NCBI GenBank assembly: GCA_015711795.1
Contig: JACVJC010000007.1
Span: 5,809-69,808 of the forward strand
Length of the DNA: 64,000 nt
From: Candidatus Geothermocultor quzhuomuensis
GTDB taxonomy: Bacteria; Actinomycetota; Aquicultoria; Geothermocultorales; Geothermocultoraceae
Reading direction: 5' to 3'
The notes under the pieces were generated by a model. It had not been told where the DNA came from. It saw only the letters and a list, made by a program, of their open reading frames with translations, and searched no databases. A program made the translations under genes and the position numbers. Positions 37,630-47,639 of the stretch are shown one piece after another (position 1 is the first letter of the stretch; the number at the start of each line of letters is the position of its first letter).

Positions 37630-37725
37630 TATATAGGAAACAGTGAACAGGATTAAGGTTAAGAGCTTTGAAGAAAGAAATGTCAATTTCAAAATTTTTT
37701 TAAGCGATATGGTAAAATAAAAAAG

Positions 37726-39183
37726 GTGGTTAAGTTGATGATAGTTTCAAGAGAAAAGGGTATGACCTTATTAGAGATTGTTTTTGCTTTCTTTGTTTTA
37801 GCTCTGGTTTTGGTTTCTTTAATTGGAGTTATGGGGGTAGCAACTAGGCTGATTAGAGAAAGCAAACTTGAAACCATAGCTACTGCCATTGCTAATGAAG
37901 AGATTGAACGAATTCGCACTCTTCCTTATGGGCAGGTGGGGCTTCTTTCACCTCCTAGCCCTGATGTTCCAACTGGAACCTTGCCGGAGACAACCCAAGT
38001 AACAAGGATGGGAGTAACTTTTACAGTTGCTTATGATATTCGGTGGGTCGATGATGCTTATGACGGTTTGGGAGAAGAGGACAAAACTAGACCTGGTGAA
38101 GGAAAGGGACAAGATTATAAAATATTAAAAGTTACTGTTAGTTGGCAATCAGGGGGAAAAACCTCATCAGTTAGGGTATCATCTTATATTCGGGAAATTC
38201 CTCGAACTAATCGTCGCCCCTTTGTCAAATATCAAGACCTAGCTCCAAGTGCTGGTTCAGTTGTTTGGGATCAAGGGGAAGGAGTTAGCATTCCACTTTA
38301 TGCTCTAGATTATGATGGATATATTTCTACAGTTCGCTACTCAATTGATGGTTACTATCCCCCTGGTTCTTCCTACAGTTATTCCAGTCCAGAGGTTAAT
38401 CACATCTTTATTTGGAATACCTATTATATTCCAACTGGCTCGACTACACCTTTTAAAGATGGAGCTAGGAAAGTAATAATTGAAGCTTGGGACAACTCAG
38501 GGGGTCAAGATAGAAAGGAAAGGATTTGGTGTCTTGATAACTATCCACCAGAAACCCCAACTGGTTTAGAAACATCAGAAACAGCAATTACAACAGAGAC
38601 TATTCCTCTCTTTTGGACAGCTTCTTGGGATGCAACCACTCCTGGTTGGGCTACTATTCATGCTTATTCTTACTTAATTTATCAAAGTAGAAATGGCAGT
38701 CCCTTTAGCCAAGTTGGGGCAGTGACTGCTACAGGGGAGTTACCATACATTATGGATAATTGTCCCACTACCTATACTGATAAAAATTTAACCCCCTTTA
38801 CTTATTATGGTTATTATTTAGTGGCAAAAAGTCCTAGAGGACTTACTTCTTCAGCTTCAGCCATTCTTACTACCAAAACTAGAATAAGAGCTTGGGTTTC
38901 GGGTATTATTTCATCCGGCGTAAAGAGGCAACTTGTTTTCAGCTGGGAAGGTCCAACTTTTACTTCAGATTCAACTTATACCCTTGAGCGGTCAACAAGT
39001 TCTAGCGGACCCTGGACTCAAGATGCTGGTCCGACTACATTATTAACCCTTACTGGAAGCCAAATTACAAAGAATGATACCTATTATTACCGAGTTAAGG
39101 CAAAATATCTATATGGTGTTGTTTCAGATACAAATATTAGCAACCTTATCTTGTTTGATCGAGACACAATTTCATATCCATAG
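37726..39183 (+). CDS. Large modular minor pilin (PilV-like) with C-terminal Ig/fibronectin type III-like domains
   Basis: EKG|MTLLE; DNYPPETPTGL, TYTDKNLTPFTYYGY, YYYRVKA. Confidence 0.8.
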   Translation: MVKLMIVSREKGMTLLEIVFAFFVLALVLVSLIGVMGVATRLIRESKLETIATAIANEEIERIRTLPYGQVGLLSPPSPDVPTGTLPETTQVTRMGVTFTVAYDIRWVDDAYDGLGEEDKTRPGEGKGQDYKILKVTVSWQSGGKTSSVRVSSYIREIPRTNRRPFVKYQDLAPSAGSVVWDQGEGVSIPLYALDYDGYISTVRYSIDGYYPPGSSYSYSSPEVNHIFIWNTYYIPTGSTTPFKDGARKVIIEAWDNSGGQDRKERIWCLDNYPPETPTGLETSETAITTETIPLFWTASWDATTPGWATIHAYSYLIYQSRNGSPFSQVGAVTATGELPYIMDNCPTTYTDKNLTPFTYYGYYLVAKSPRGLTSSASAILTTKTRIRAWVSGIISSGVKRQLVFSWEGPTFTSDSTYTLERSTSSSGPWTQDAGPTTLLTLTGSQITKNDTYYYRVKAKYLYGVVSDTNISNLILFDRDTISYP

Positions 39184-39193
39184 GTGATTTAAG

Positions 39194-39760
39194 ATGATAA
39201 AGGAAGAAAAAGGTTTTACTTTAGTAGAGCTGCTTTGGGTCATTTCTTTAATCGTCATTTTATTAGTTTCAACTTATTACATTTTTGAAGGTGGCTTAAC
39301 TCTTAATCAAGTCGTTGGTGACCAGTCAAAAGTTCAAACAGAAGCAAGGGCTTCTCTTGAGCGGATGGCAAAATATTTAAGGGGTGCTACTTTATGGGGA
39401 GCAGGAGATTATGAGATTACATTTCGATGTGATGTGGATGACGATTTGATGGGAGAAGATACCACCTTTACCTTATCAGGGACAAGGCTCATCCTTAAAA
39501 TTGAAGAAATGAATGATGTGCCAATGAGAGATATCACTCTAGCAACTTATGTTCGAAATCGTGAGCAAGGTGTTCCCATTTTTACTTATTATGGGGAATC
39601 AACTGGGACACTCGGTCCTCAGTTAATTGAAAACCCAGAAGAGGAGTATAGTAACGTTCGGATGATTCACATTAAATTGATTGTTGATGTTGATCCCACT
39701 AGGAAGCCAGGTCCTTACACTGTAGAAACCGATGTTAAGCTAAGAAATTTTGAGATTTAA
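39194..39760 (+). CDS. Minor pilin (PilW-like)
   Basis: EKG|FTLVE; C-terminal VKLRN. Confidence 0.82.
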   Translation: MIKEEKGFTLVELLWVISLIVILLVSTYYIFEGGLTLNQVVGDQSKVQTEARASLERMAKYLRGATLWGAGDYEITFRCDVDDDLMGEDTTFTLSGTRLILKIEEMNDVPMRDITLATYVRNREQGVPIFTYYGESTGTLGPQLIENPEEEYSNVRMIHIKLIVDVDPTRKPGPYTVETDVKLRNFEI

Positions 39761-41304
39761 TGAAGGAGGTAATGATGCTCAAGATTTTAAATAAAGAAAA
39801 TGGTATCGCAACAATAGTAGTCATTGGGGTAATGATGGTTATTAGCATATTAGTTGTTGGGCTTATTTTTATGGCTGTAACTGAGCGAACAGCTAGCCGA
39901 AAAGGGAAATATTCTGAGAGAGCTCTTCATGTTGCTGATTCTGGGATTGATAGAGCCCTGTGGTATCTTAGAAATTTAAAGCCTGGGGAATCTTTACCTT
40001 CAACCTTTGAGGTAGTCGTTGAAGGCGAGGGAACAGCAACTGTTGTAACTAAGGTAACTGGGGCTGATTTTGCTTATGAGGTTGTTTCGACAGGAAGAGT
40101 TCAAGCTCCTTTCGGTGACATCTTTCGCCGTGCAATTAAGGTTCAGGTTTATGGAATTTCAATTTGGCAGATGTATATTTCTGCTTCTCCTGAGCCTTTA
40201 ACGGCTGGAGGAAACGGAGTTGAAGGAAACACTGCTGTTATAGGACCTTTTTACATTCGCGGCAATGTACCTTTATCTGGAAATTCCTTTATTAAGGTGG
40301 GACCTTTAATGATTAAAAATGGTTATCTTTCTTTTCAGTCTAATTCAGCATTGGTTGAAACTACAACAATGCCTTTAATGGTAACTGAAGGTGTTTATGA
40401 TGCTAGGGGCGGAGGGCAGCTAATTCGCATCACTGACCCAGTTTATCCTCCTCTTCTTTATTGCAAAGAAATATCGGAAACAGCTCCCGAACTTGAGCTT
40501 CCTGCCTTAGAGGCTGATAAAGATTATCAAGCTGATGCGGCTAATGAATCAATTCCTGAACATCTCAATACATCTTCAACACTCGGTTACCCTACTAAAT
40601 TGGGAAATCCCTATAAAGTGGTTGACATTGATTCTTTTGATTGGGGTGGTAGCAATATCAACGAAAATACCCCTTTGATAATTAGTTCTATAACACCATC
40701 TTTTGGTATGTGGGATGGAAATGGTGATGGTTATATTAATGAGAGTGACTCTCTCTATTGGAAATTTGCTTGGGACCAAACTAATAAAACTCTTTATATT
40801 GACGGAACTATCTTTGTTGACGGTCCAGTTTATTTAGGAGGAACAGTAAATGGAAAGAATACTTGCGATATAACTTATAAAGGCAATGGGAAAATTGTTG
40901 CCAATGGTAGTAGTGATGTGGGAGTTGTTATTTGGGAAAAACTTATTCCCCCTTCTGGTGAACTTACCTCAACTTCAGTTATGGGCTTGGTGACTGATAA
41001 AAGTATTTATATGTGTGGAGATGGAGCTAATAACGATGTGGGTGGTAAAGTTGGGTACGATGTGGCAGGTGCCTTTTTTACTCCAAGCAAGATTGTTTTT
41101 GTTGATCAAACTGATAGCTTTAAAGATGCAGCTAACCTTTCTTTTAGTGGAAGTTGTATAGCTGGTCTTTTAAAGTTTGGTGATAAACCCAACAACCAAC
41201 TCTTTACTCATCCCCAATTACCTAACTTCTTACCTCGCGGCATGCCAGGTGCTGATATTTTAATTGTTTCTCTTTCCGGCTGGCACGAGATAAAACCTAA
41301 GTAA
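39760..41304 (+). CDS. Large PilX-like minor pilin with extended beta-rich domain
   Basis: ENG|IATIV lacking Glu5; ALHVADSGI; C-terminal WHEI; true start probably 39772 or 39775 after GGAGGT. Confidence 0.8.
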   Translation: MKEVMMLKILNKENGIATIVVIGVMMVISILVVGLIFMAVTERTASRKGKYSERALHVADSGIDRALWYLRNLKPGESLPSTFEVVVEGEGTATVVTKVTGADFAYEVVSTGRVQAPFGDIFRRAIKVQVYGISIWQMYISASPEPLTAGGNGVEGNTAVIGPFYIRGNVPLSGNSFIKVGPLMIKNGYLSFQSNSALVETTTMPLMVTEGVYDARGGGQLIRITDPVYPPLLYCKEISETAPELELPALEADKDYQADAANESIPEHLNTSSTLGYPTKLGNPYKVVDIDSFDWGGSNINENTPLIISSITPSFGMWDGNGDGYINESDSLYWKFAWDQTNKTLYIDGTIFVDGPVYLGGTVNGKNTCDITYKGNGKIVANGSSDVGVVIWEKLIPPSGELTSTSVMGLVTDKSIYMCGDGANNDVGGKVGYDVAGAFFTPSKIVFVDQTDSFKDAANLSFSGSCIAGLLKFGDKPNNQLFTHPQLPNFLPRGMPGADILIVSLSGWHEIKPK

Positions 41305-41545
41305 GATATGGTGAGCAGCCCAGCTTCTCTTGTGGAAGGATATTGGGGGCCAAATAGTAAGATTTTATTCCTTTCCCTTTCTCTCTACCATAGGTAAGCT
41401 TTTGAGAAGAGAAAAGGGGAAAGAATTACTTCCTGGTTTGTATGCTCAACCTAGAAACTTCAGTTTGATATTATAAAGAGGAGCAAAAAATATTTAAAAA
41501 ATACTTTAAAAATTTATAGAAAACTAGTAAAATAAGAAGAAGGGA

Positions 41546-41574
41546 TTGTCAAAAGGTCAGATATATGGTTTAAT
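41546..41574 (+). promoter_or_regulatory. Putative sigma70 promoter of pilMNO
   Basis: TTGTCA-N17-TTTAAT with TG extended -10. Confidence 0.5.
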
Positions 41575-41647
41575 AGAGCCCAAGGTAATATTAATTTTAG
41601 CAAAAAAAATGAATTTAGTCGTAGTTTTTAAGTAGGAGGAAAAATTT

Positions 41648-42772
41648 TTGGGCATTTTTTCATTTGGAAAACCAAAAGTCAGTTTAGGGTTGGACATTGG
41701 TTCTGACACCTTTAGAGTTGCTCAAGTTCAACCTTCCAAAGGTCTCCCTCTATTAACCAACTGTGGAAGCATTAGAGTTCCTCGCGGAGCAGTGGTTGGT
41801 GGTGAAATTGTTGATTCTGAAGTTGTTTCTTATTCCCTTTCCGAACTCTGGAAAAAAGCTGGTTTAAGTGAGAAAAGAGTCATTCTCGGGGTATCCAATC
41901 AAAAAGTTGTCGTTCGTTTAATTGACTTACCTTATATGGAAAAGAGTGAGCTTAAAAGCGCTCTCCAGTTTCAAGCTCAAGATTATATTCCCATTCCTGT
42001 TGAGGATGTTATCCTAGATTATCTTGTGGTTAATGAATATACCACTGAAGCTGGAGAGAGAATGCTTCAAATCCTTTTAGTAGCAGCTCAAAGAGATATG
42101 ATTCAAAATATTGTCAGTTCAGTTGAAGCAGCTGGTTTGAGACCTGAAGTTATTGATGTCTCCGCTTTTGCTATTACTCGTTCCTTAATTTCAGCTCCAC
42201 CTCCAACTCTCGCTGAAGAGCCTCGCCCAAAAGAAACAGTGGCTCTTTTAAATATTGGAGCTGGTATTACCTCTATGGTTGTGGTAGAAGGAAATGTTGT
42301 CAAGTTTGCAAGAGTTATAGCTCTAGCTGGTGATGACTGGAGCGAAGCTTTAGCTGATGGGATGGGAATTACCTTTGATGAAGCTGAAGATATAAAAATT
42401 AGAGTCGGTCTCCCTCCTCTAGTTGGTGATCGGTTTATTGATGTTCCCTCAGAGCTAATGGATAGAGCTGATATTGCTCAAGATATTATGGAAAGGGAGG
42501 TTATGAGGTTTATTGGGGAGTGTCGACGTTCTTTTGATTATTATCTAGCTCAGGTCCCGACAGGAGAAATTCAGCGAGTTATTTTAAGTGGAGGTGCCTC
42601 AAAACTTAAAAATTTAATTCCTTACATGGAAAAAGGTTTACAAACTGAAGTTATTGCAGGACATCCTTTGCAATCTGTCAAGGTCAGCCCAAGACTTTCT
42701 CAAGAAGCTTTAGGAGAGGATGAGCCATCTTTAGCTATTTGTTTAGGCTTGGCTTTAGGGGGGATTGACTAA
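41648..42772 (+). CDS. pilM: Type IV pilus assembly protein PilM
   Basis: GLDIGS, YIPIP, LNIGA, LSGGAS, CLGLAL actin-like fold. Confidence 0.95.
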   Translation: MGIFSFGKPKVSLGLDIGSDTFRVAQVQPSKGLPLLTNCGSIRVPRGAVVGGEIVDSEVVSYSLSELWKKAGLSEKRVILGVSNQKVVVRLIDLPYMEKSELKSALQFQAQDYIPIPVEDVILDYLVVNEYTTEAGERMLQILLVAAQRDMIQNIVSSVEAAGLRPEVIDVSAFAITRSLISAPPPTLAEEPRPKETVALLNIGAGITSMVVVEGNVVKFARVIALAGDDWSEALADGMGITFDEAEDIKIRVGLPPLVGDRFIDVPSELMDRADIAQDIMEREVMRFIGECRRSFDYYLAQVPTGEIQRVILSGGASKLKNLIPYMEKGLQTEVIAGHPLQSVKVSPRLSQEALGEDEPSLAICLGLALGGID

Positions 42773-43314
42773 TGGCAGCAAGAATAAATCTCCTTCCCCC
42801 TGAAATAATCGAAAAAAGGCAGTCAGAGAAGAGATTAGCTGTTCTCCTTTTGGTAGTAAGTTTATATATTTTAATGCTGGTTGGGATTTATCTCTTAATG
42901 CAAGTGAAGATTTTTCAAGAATCACAGGTTTTAATGCAAAGGAGAGCCCATAATACTAAACTAAATCAAAAAATCGCTGAATTTGAGGTTTTTAAAAGGA
43001 GAAAAGAAGAGGCTCAAAAGAGGGAAGAAATAATTAATAAAGCTTTAAGCGGAGAAAAGTCGTGGTACCGACTTTTGCTTAAATTAAGCATTATTATCCC
43101 TGGAGAAGTAAACATTACTAGTTTTTCCGGTGATGAAATAGCTGGGTTAACCTTTTCGGGTCAAGCTCTAGGCTATAATTCTTTAGTTAAGTGGTTAGTT
43201 CGATTAAGTGAGATTAAAGAATTAAGTGAGATTTGGTTGGGAAGTGCTTCTAAATCGGTGGTGGGAACGACTGAAATAGTTAATTACTCAATTACGACTA
43301 AGTTTAGTCAATAA
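42772..43314 (+). CDS. pilN: Type IV pilus assembly protein PilN
   Basis: INLLP motif, hydrophobic helix, coiled coil. Confidence 0.92.
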   Translation: MAARINLLPPEIIEKRQSEKRLAVLLLVVSLYILMLVGIYLLMQVKIFQESQVLMQRRAHNTKLNQKIAEFEVFKRRKEEAQKREEIINKALSGEKSWYRLLLKLSIIIPGEVNITSFSGDEIAGLTFSGQALGYNSLVKWLVRLSEIKELSEIWLGSASKSVVGTTEIVNYSITTKFSQ

Positions 43315-43351
43315 ATTAAAAGCTAGTCCTGCCTCGCCTTCTAGGATTGGA

Positions 43352-43972
43352 GTGGGAAAGTTGGAAATAAGGCTAAAGCTTCAAGAAGCAATAGCTGTTG
43401 GGCTTGTTGTTATAATAATTTTAACTATTTTTTTTGTTATGTTTGTTTGGAAACCTCAGATGACTAAATTATCTGAGATTAGAAGGGCAATTGAGGAAGA
43501 AAAGAAGAAATCAGAGATGGCAACTATTACTCTTCAAAGACTTCAGGCTTTAAAGCAAGAAGAAGCAGAAATCGAAAAAAGTTTGATTAAGTTAAGTTTA
43601 AGAATGCCTGAAAGCCCTGAACTTCCTTCTTTAATCGTTGAACTTCAAGAATTAGCTAGTCAATCTGGGATGGATTTGATTTCGATATCTCCTTCTCCTC
43701 CCACATCTGTTGGGGAATATAATGAAATGGCCTTATCCCTTAATATTAAGGGCTCTTTCAATAAGGTTAAAGACCAAGGGGGCAGTTTACTTGATTTTCT
43801 TTACCGTCTGGAACATTTTCCAAGGGAATTGAGAGTGAAAACAATAAGCATTTCAGGTGAGGAAACTCTTACTATCTCTCTTCAAATGAGCACTTATGTT
43901 TTATCTGGAGCTCCTCCAGCTGGGGCACCAACTGGTCAACCAGCCCAACAAGAAGTGCCAGCGGCACCATAG
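43352..43972 (+). CDS. pilO: Type IV pilus assembly protein PilO
   Basis: Hydrophobic helix, coiled coil, MP..PELPSL, FLYRLE.FPR. Confidence 0.9.
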   Translation: MGKLEIRLKLQEAIAVGLVVIIILTIFFVMFVWKPQMTKLSEIRRAIEEEKKKSEMATITLQRLQALKQEEAEIEKSLIKLSLRMPESPELPSLIVELQELASQSGMDLISISPSPPTSVGEYNEMALSLNIKGSFNKVKDQGGSLLDFLYRLEHFPRELRVKTISISGEETLTISLQMSTYVLSGAPPAGAPTGQPAQQEVPAAP

Positions 43973-43986
43973 AAAGGGGAAAATAA

Positions 43987-44559
43987 TTGCCGGAGTTTAT
44001 TGATAAAGTAAAAGATTTTGTTAAAACACCACGAGGGAAGCTAGCTATTGGAGCTGCAGCTGGTGGTATCTTTTTTATTATTATTTTAATCATTATTTAT
44101 TTTATTTTTTTAGGTGCTCCACCTGAAGTTACTCCTGAAGTTAAAGAGCTAATTCCTTCTCCACCTGTTTCCAAAGAAGTAGAAGCAACTGTAACCGTTC
44201 CGCCTTTAACTGAAGGGTTTGAAGTATATGGAGCAGAAGGTTTTAAAAACCCATTTAAAAAACTTTATATTGAGTCAACTACTACTCCAGCTAGTGGCTC
44301 TCTCGCGGAGCACCGAATTGCCTTAAAGGGAATTACTTATTCTGATGGTGTATATTCAGCTGAGTTAATTTATAATGGAGAGTCTTTTCAAGCAAAAGAA
44401 GGAGAAATTGTTTCTAATTCTCCTTATATGGTTTTAAGTATTGGAATGGACTGGGTAAAGCTTCTTTATGGGGATAATACTTTTACTTTACATTTAGGCG
44501 AAGAACATGTTGAAAGAGAAGAATCTTCAACTGAATTAGCAACGGAAACTATTCCTTAA
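43987..44559 (+). CDS. Membrane-anchored protein in the PilP position
   Basis: Hydrophobic helix, P-rich linker, KNPF, LKGI..., beta-rich C-terminus; follows pilO; no lipobox Cys. Confidence 0.55.
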   Translation: MPEFIDKVKDFVKTPRGKLAIGAAAGGIFFIIILIIIYFIFLGAPPEVTPEVKELIPSPPVSKEVEATVTVPPLTEGFEVYGAEGFKNPFKKLYIESTTTPASGSLAEHRIALKGITYSDGVYSAELIYNGESFQAKEGEIVSNSPYMVLSIGMDWVKLLYGDNTFTLHLGEEHVEREESSTELATETIP

Positions 44560-44891
44560 GAGATTTATAATACTCATCTTCACCTTATTCCGAGATTCAA
44601 GTGAAATGTTATATCTCAAATAAATTAGAAAAATGCAAAGGGCACTTTTTACTTGAAAAGCAGGGTGAGCTTAAAAATTCCAAATAAAAAGGACCAAACA
44701 CTAAACCCCGAAGAGAAGTCAAAGATTTTCTACGAGGTAGGCAAGATCAAATGACCAAAAATTCAAGTAAAACATAGAGATTAGTGTTAGTGACTAGTGT
44801 CGAGCCTTGATTTGGCTTACAAAATTTTACTGGCACTATTTTAACTTAATTGTTTGAGATTTTGAGCCTTTAAATTTATCAGGGGGATAAT

Positions 44892-46049
44892 TTGTTAAAA
44901 ATAATTACTGCCGGTGAATCTCACGGAAAGTGCATTTTAGCAATTGTTCAAGGGTTACCAGCTAATTTGGTGATATCAAAAGATTTTATTGATAAGGAAT
45001 TAGCTAGAAGGCAAAAAGGTTTTGGCAGAGGTCCCAGAATGGAAATTGAAAAAGACAGCGTTGAAATTTTAAGCGGCGTGAGACATGGAAAAACATTAGG
45101 TTCTCCAATTGCTTTAATGATTAAAAATAAAGATTGGTTGAATTGGCAGGAAGAAATGAGGGTTGAAGAAAGCAAGCCAGTAAGTCCTCTCCTTAACCCT
45201 CGTCCGGGTCATGCTGACCTAGCTGGAGCTTTAAAATATGGATTTAATGAGATAAGAAATGTCCTTGAAAGGGCTAGTGCAAGAGAAACGGTAGCTCGAG
45301 TAGCTGGAGGGGCATTGGCAAAAATTTTTCTCAAGGAGTTTAAAATAACTATTTTAAGCCAAGTCGTTAAAATTGGAGCCATTGAAGCTCCATTAAGAGA
45401 ACTATCTTTAAAGGATGAAAGAAAAATCGAATCCTCACCAGTCAGATGTTTTGACCAAGAAGCTTCAAAAAGGATGGTTGAGGCAATTAATCAAGCTCAA
45501 GAGAGAGGGGAGACTTTGGGGGGAATTTTCGAGGTAGCTGCTTTTAATGTTCCACCAGGCTTAGGAACTTATGCAATTTTTGAAAAGAGACTTGATGCCC
45601 AACTAGCTTCTGCTTTAATTAGCATCCCAGGGGTAAAGGGAGTTGAATTTGGGGATGGTTTTAAATTGGCAGACCAAGTGGGAAGTGAGTCCCATGATGA
45701 GATTTTTTATTCTTCTAAAAAGGGTTTTTATCGAAAAACTAACCATGCTGGAGGAATTGAGGGAGGGGTTAGTAATGGAGAAACTATTTTAATTCGGGCT
45801 GTAATGAAGCCTATACCAACCTTGGGCAAGCCTTTAAGAACGGTAAACATTTTGACCAAAAAGCCTTCACAGGCTTTTAAGGAAAGAGCAGATATTTGTG
45901 TTGTTCCAAGTGCAGCTGTTATTGCAGAAAATATGGTTGCTTTCGTTTTAACTCAAGTATTTTTAGAAAAATTTGGTGGTGATTCCTTGATTGATATCAA
46001 AGGAAACTATCAAACTTATCTTAAGCGAATTAATTGGAGAAAAAGATAA
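44892..46049 (+). CDS. aroC: Chorismate synthase
   Basis: TAGESHG, RPGHAD, ERASARET, MKPIPTL. Confidence 0.97.
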   Translation: MLKIITAGESHGKCILAIVQGLPANLVISKDFIDKELARRQKGFGRGPRMEIEKDSVEILSGVRHGKTLGSPIALMIKNKDWLNWQEEMRVEESKPVSPLLNPRPGHADLAGALKYGFNEIRNVLERASARETVARVAGGALAKIFLKEFKITILSQVVKIGAIEAPLRELSLKDERKIESSPVRCFDQEASKRMVEAINQAQERGETLGGIFEVAAFNVPPGLGTYAIFEKRLDAQLASALISIPGVKGVEFGDGFKLADQVGSESHDEIFYSSKKGFYRKTNHAGGIEGGVSNGETILIRAVMKPIPTLGKPLRTVNILTKKPSQAFKERADICVVPSAAVIAENMVAFVLTQVFLEKFGGDSLIDIKGNYQTYLKRINWRKR

Positions 46050-46050
46050 G

Positions 46051-46572
46051 ATGAACATTGTCTTAATTGGCTTTATGGGTTCGGGAAAATCTAGTATCGG
46101 AAAGATACTCTCCAAAAGGTTGAAGATGAAATTGGTTGATACTGACAAGTTAATTGAGAAAAAAACCAAAAAAAGAATTTCCGAAATCTTTAAGGAAATA
46201 GGTGAGCGTGGCTTTCGTCAAATTGAGGTGGAGGTAATTGATGATGTTTCCTCTCTTGACCAAAGAGTAATAGCTTGTGGTGGAGGGGCTGTTTTAAATC
46301 CTTTAAATGTTAAAAATTTAAAAAAAAAGGGGATTCTTGTTTATCTTAAAGCCATCCCGCAAGTTCTGGAGAAAAGGCTTGAGAAAGTTACTGACCGCCC
46401 TCTTTTAGAAGGTAAAAACCATCAGTTAGAGATAATCAAACTTCTTTCAAAAAGGGAACCAATTTATCAAAAAGTTGCTGATTTAATTGTTGAAACCTCT
46501 TCTTTGTCTCCTGAGGAGGTAAGTGAAAAGATTATTGAAGAGTTAAAAAGAATAGGGAAATGGAGAAAGTAG
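46051..46572 (+). CDS. aroK: Shikimate kinase
   Basis: MNIVLIGFMGSGKS, ACGGG, RPLL; start ATG 46051. Confidence 0.96.
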   Translation: MNIVLIGFMGSGKSSIGKILSKRLKMKLVDTDKLIEKKTKKRISEIFKEIGERGFRQIEVEVIDDVSSLDQRVIACGGGAVLNPLNVKNLKKKGILVYLKAIPQVLEKRLEKVTDRPLLEGKNHQLEIIKLLSKREPIYQKVADLIVETSSLSPEEVSEKIIEELKRIGKWRK

Positions 46573-47639
46573 TAGTTTCTTTAGGGAGGAAAAGTTATCC
46601 TATTTATATTAATTGGGACCTTTTTTACCTATTGGGAGAAGAAATTTCTTCATGTGAAAAAGTTGCGGTGATTACTAACCCAGAAGTGAAGATGCTCTAT
46701 GGTGAGAAGGTTAAAGAAGCATTTAAAAAGACGGATATTGAAGTAATTTTCTTTGAGGTTCCTGAAGGCGAAGAACAGAAATCTTTAAAGTCAGCAAATC
46801 GTCTTTATAGCCAGCTCGCAAAAAATAATTTTTTAAGATACCATCCGATCATTACTTTAGGTGGAGGTGTAATTGGGGATTTAGGAGGTTTTGTTGCATC
46901 TACTTATATGAGAGGAGTTCCTTTCATTCAAGTTCCTACTACTTTGTTAGCTCAAGTTGATAGCAGTGTTGGAGGGAAAGTAGCGGTAAATCATCCTCGG
47001 GGAAAAAATTTAATCGGCACATTTTATCAGCCAAAGTTTGTATTGATTTCCCTTTTAACCCTTAAGAGCTTACCTTATTTTTATTTTAAAACTGGGATAG
47101 CTGAGGTAATAAAGTACGGTTTTTTAGCTGGGGAGGATTTCCTTTCTTTTTTAGAGAAAAATCTGGAAAAAGTAATTAAATGTGATAGAGAAGTTATATT
47201 AAAAGTGGTAAAAGAGTGTTGTGAGATAAAAGCAAGGATTACTGAAGAAGATGAGCTTGATTTATCTGGAAAAAGAGCAATTCTTAATTATGGGCATACT
47301 ATTGGTCATGCTTTGGAAACAATTAGTGAGTATAAAGAACTTCAGCATGGAGAAGCTATTTCTCTAGGAATGGTTGTTGAGTCTTGGATTTCTCATAAGC
47401 TTGGTTATATTTCTAAAGATGTGGTGGAGAGGCAGATTTCCTTGCTTTCCAGAGTTGGACTCCCAACCTCTCTTCCTAGCCTTTCAGTTGATAAGGTTTT
47501 ATCTCAAATCACTTTGGATAAGAAAGCGAAGGTAGACAAGCCTATTTTTGCTCTTTTGAAAGGGGTTGGAAATCCGAGCATCCAAGAAGTCCCTCAAAAA
47601 ATAATTATTGAATCTTTAAAAGAAATTATTAAAGTTTAA
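46560..47639 (+). CDS. aroB: 3-dehydroquinate synthase
   Basis: GGGVIGD, PTTLLAQVDSSVGGK, LNYGHT, HGEA. Confidence 0.97.
   Translation: MEKVVVSLGRKSYPIYINWDLFYLLGEEISSCEKVAVITNPEVKMLYGEKVKEAFKKTDIEVIFFEVPEGEEQKSLKSANRLYSQLAKNNFLRYHPIITLGGGVIGDLGGFVASTYMRGVPFIQVPTTLLAQVDSSVGGKVAVNHPRGKNLIGTFYQPKFVLISLLTLKSLPYFYFKTGIAEVIKYGFLAGEDFLSFLEKNLEKVIKCDREVILKVVKECCEIKARITEEDELDLSGKRAILNYGHTIGHALETISEYKELQHGEAISLGMVVESWISHKLGYISKDVVERQISLLSRVGLPTSLPSLSVDKVLSQITLDKKAKVDKPIFALLKGVGNPSIQEVPQKIIIESLKEIIKV

Noticed and set aside
26272..44559. Pilus cluster as a type II secretion system or mobile island
   Set aside because: PilT, PilM and a highly expressed-looking major pilin indicate type IV pili; no secretin, integrase, transposase or flanking direct repeats seen
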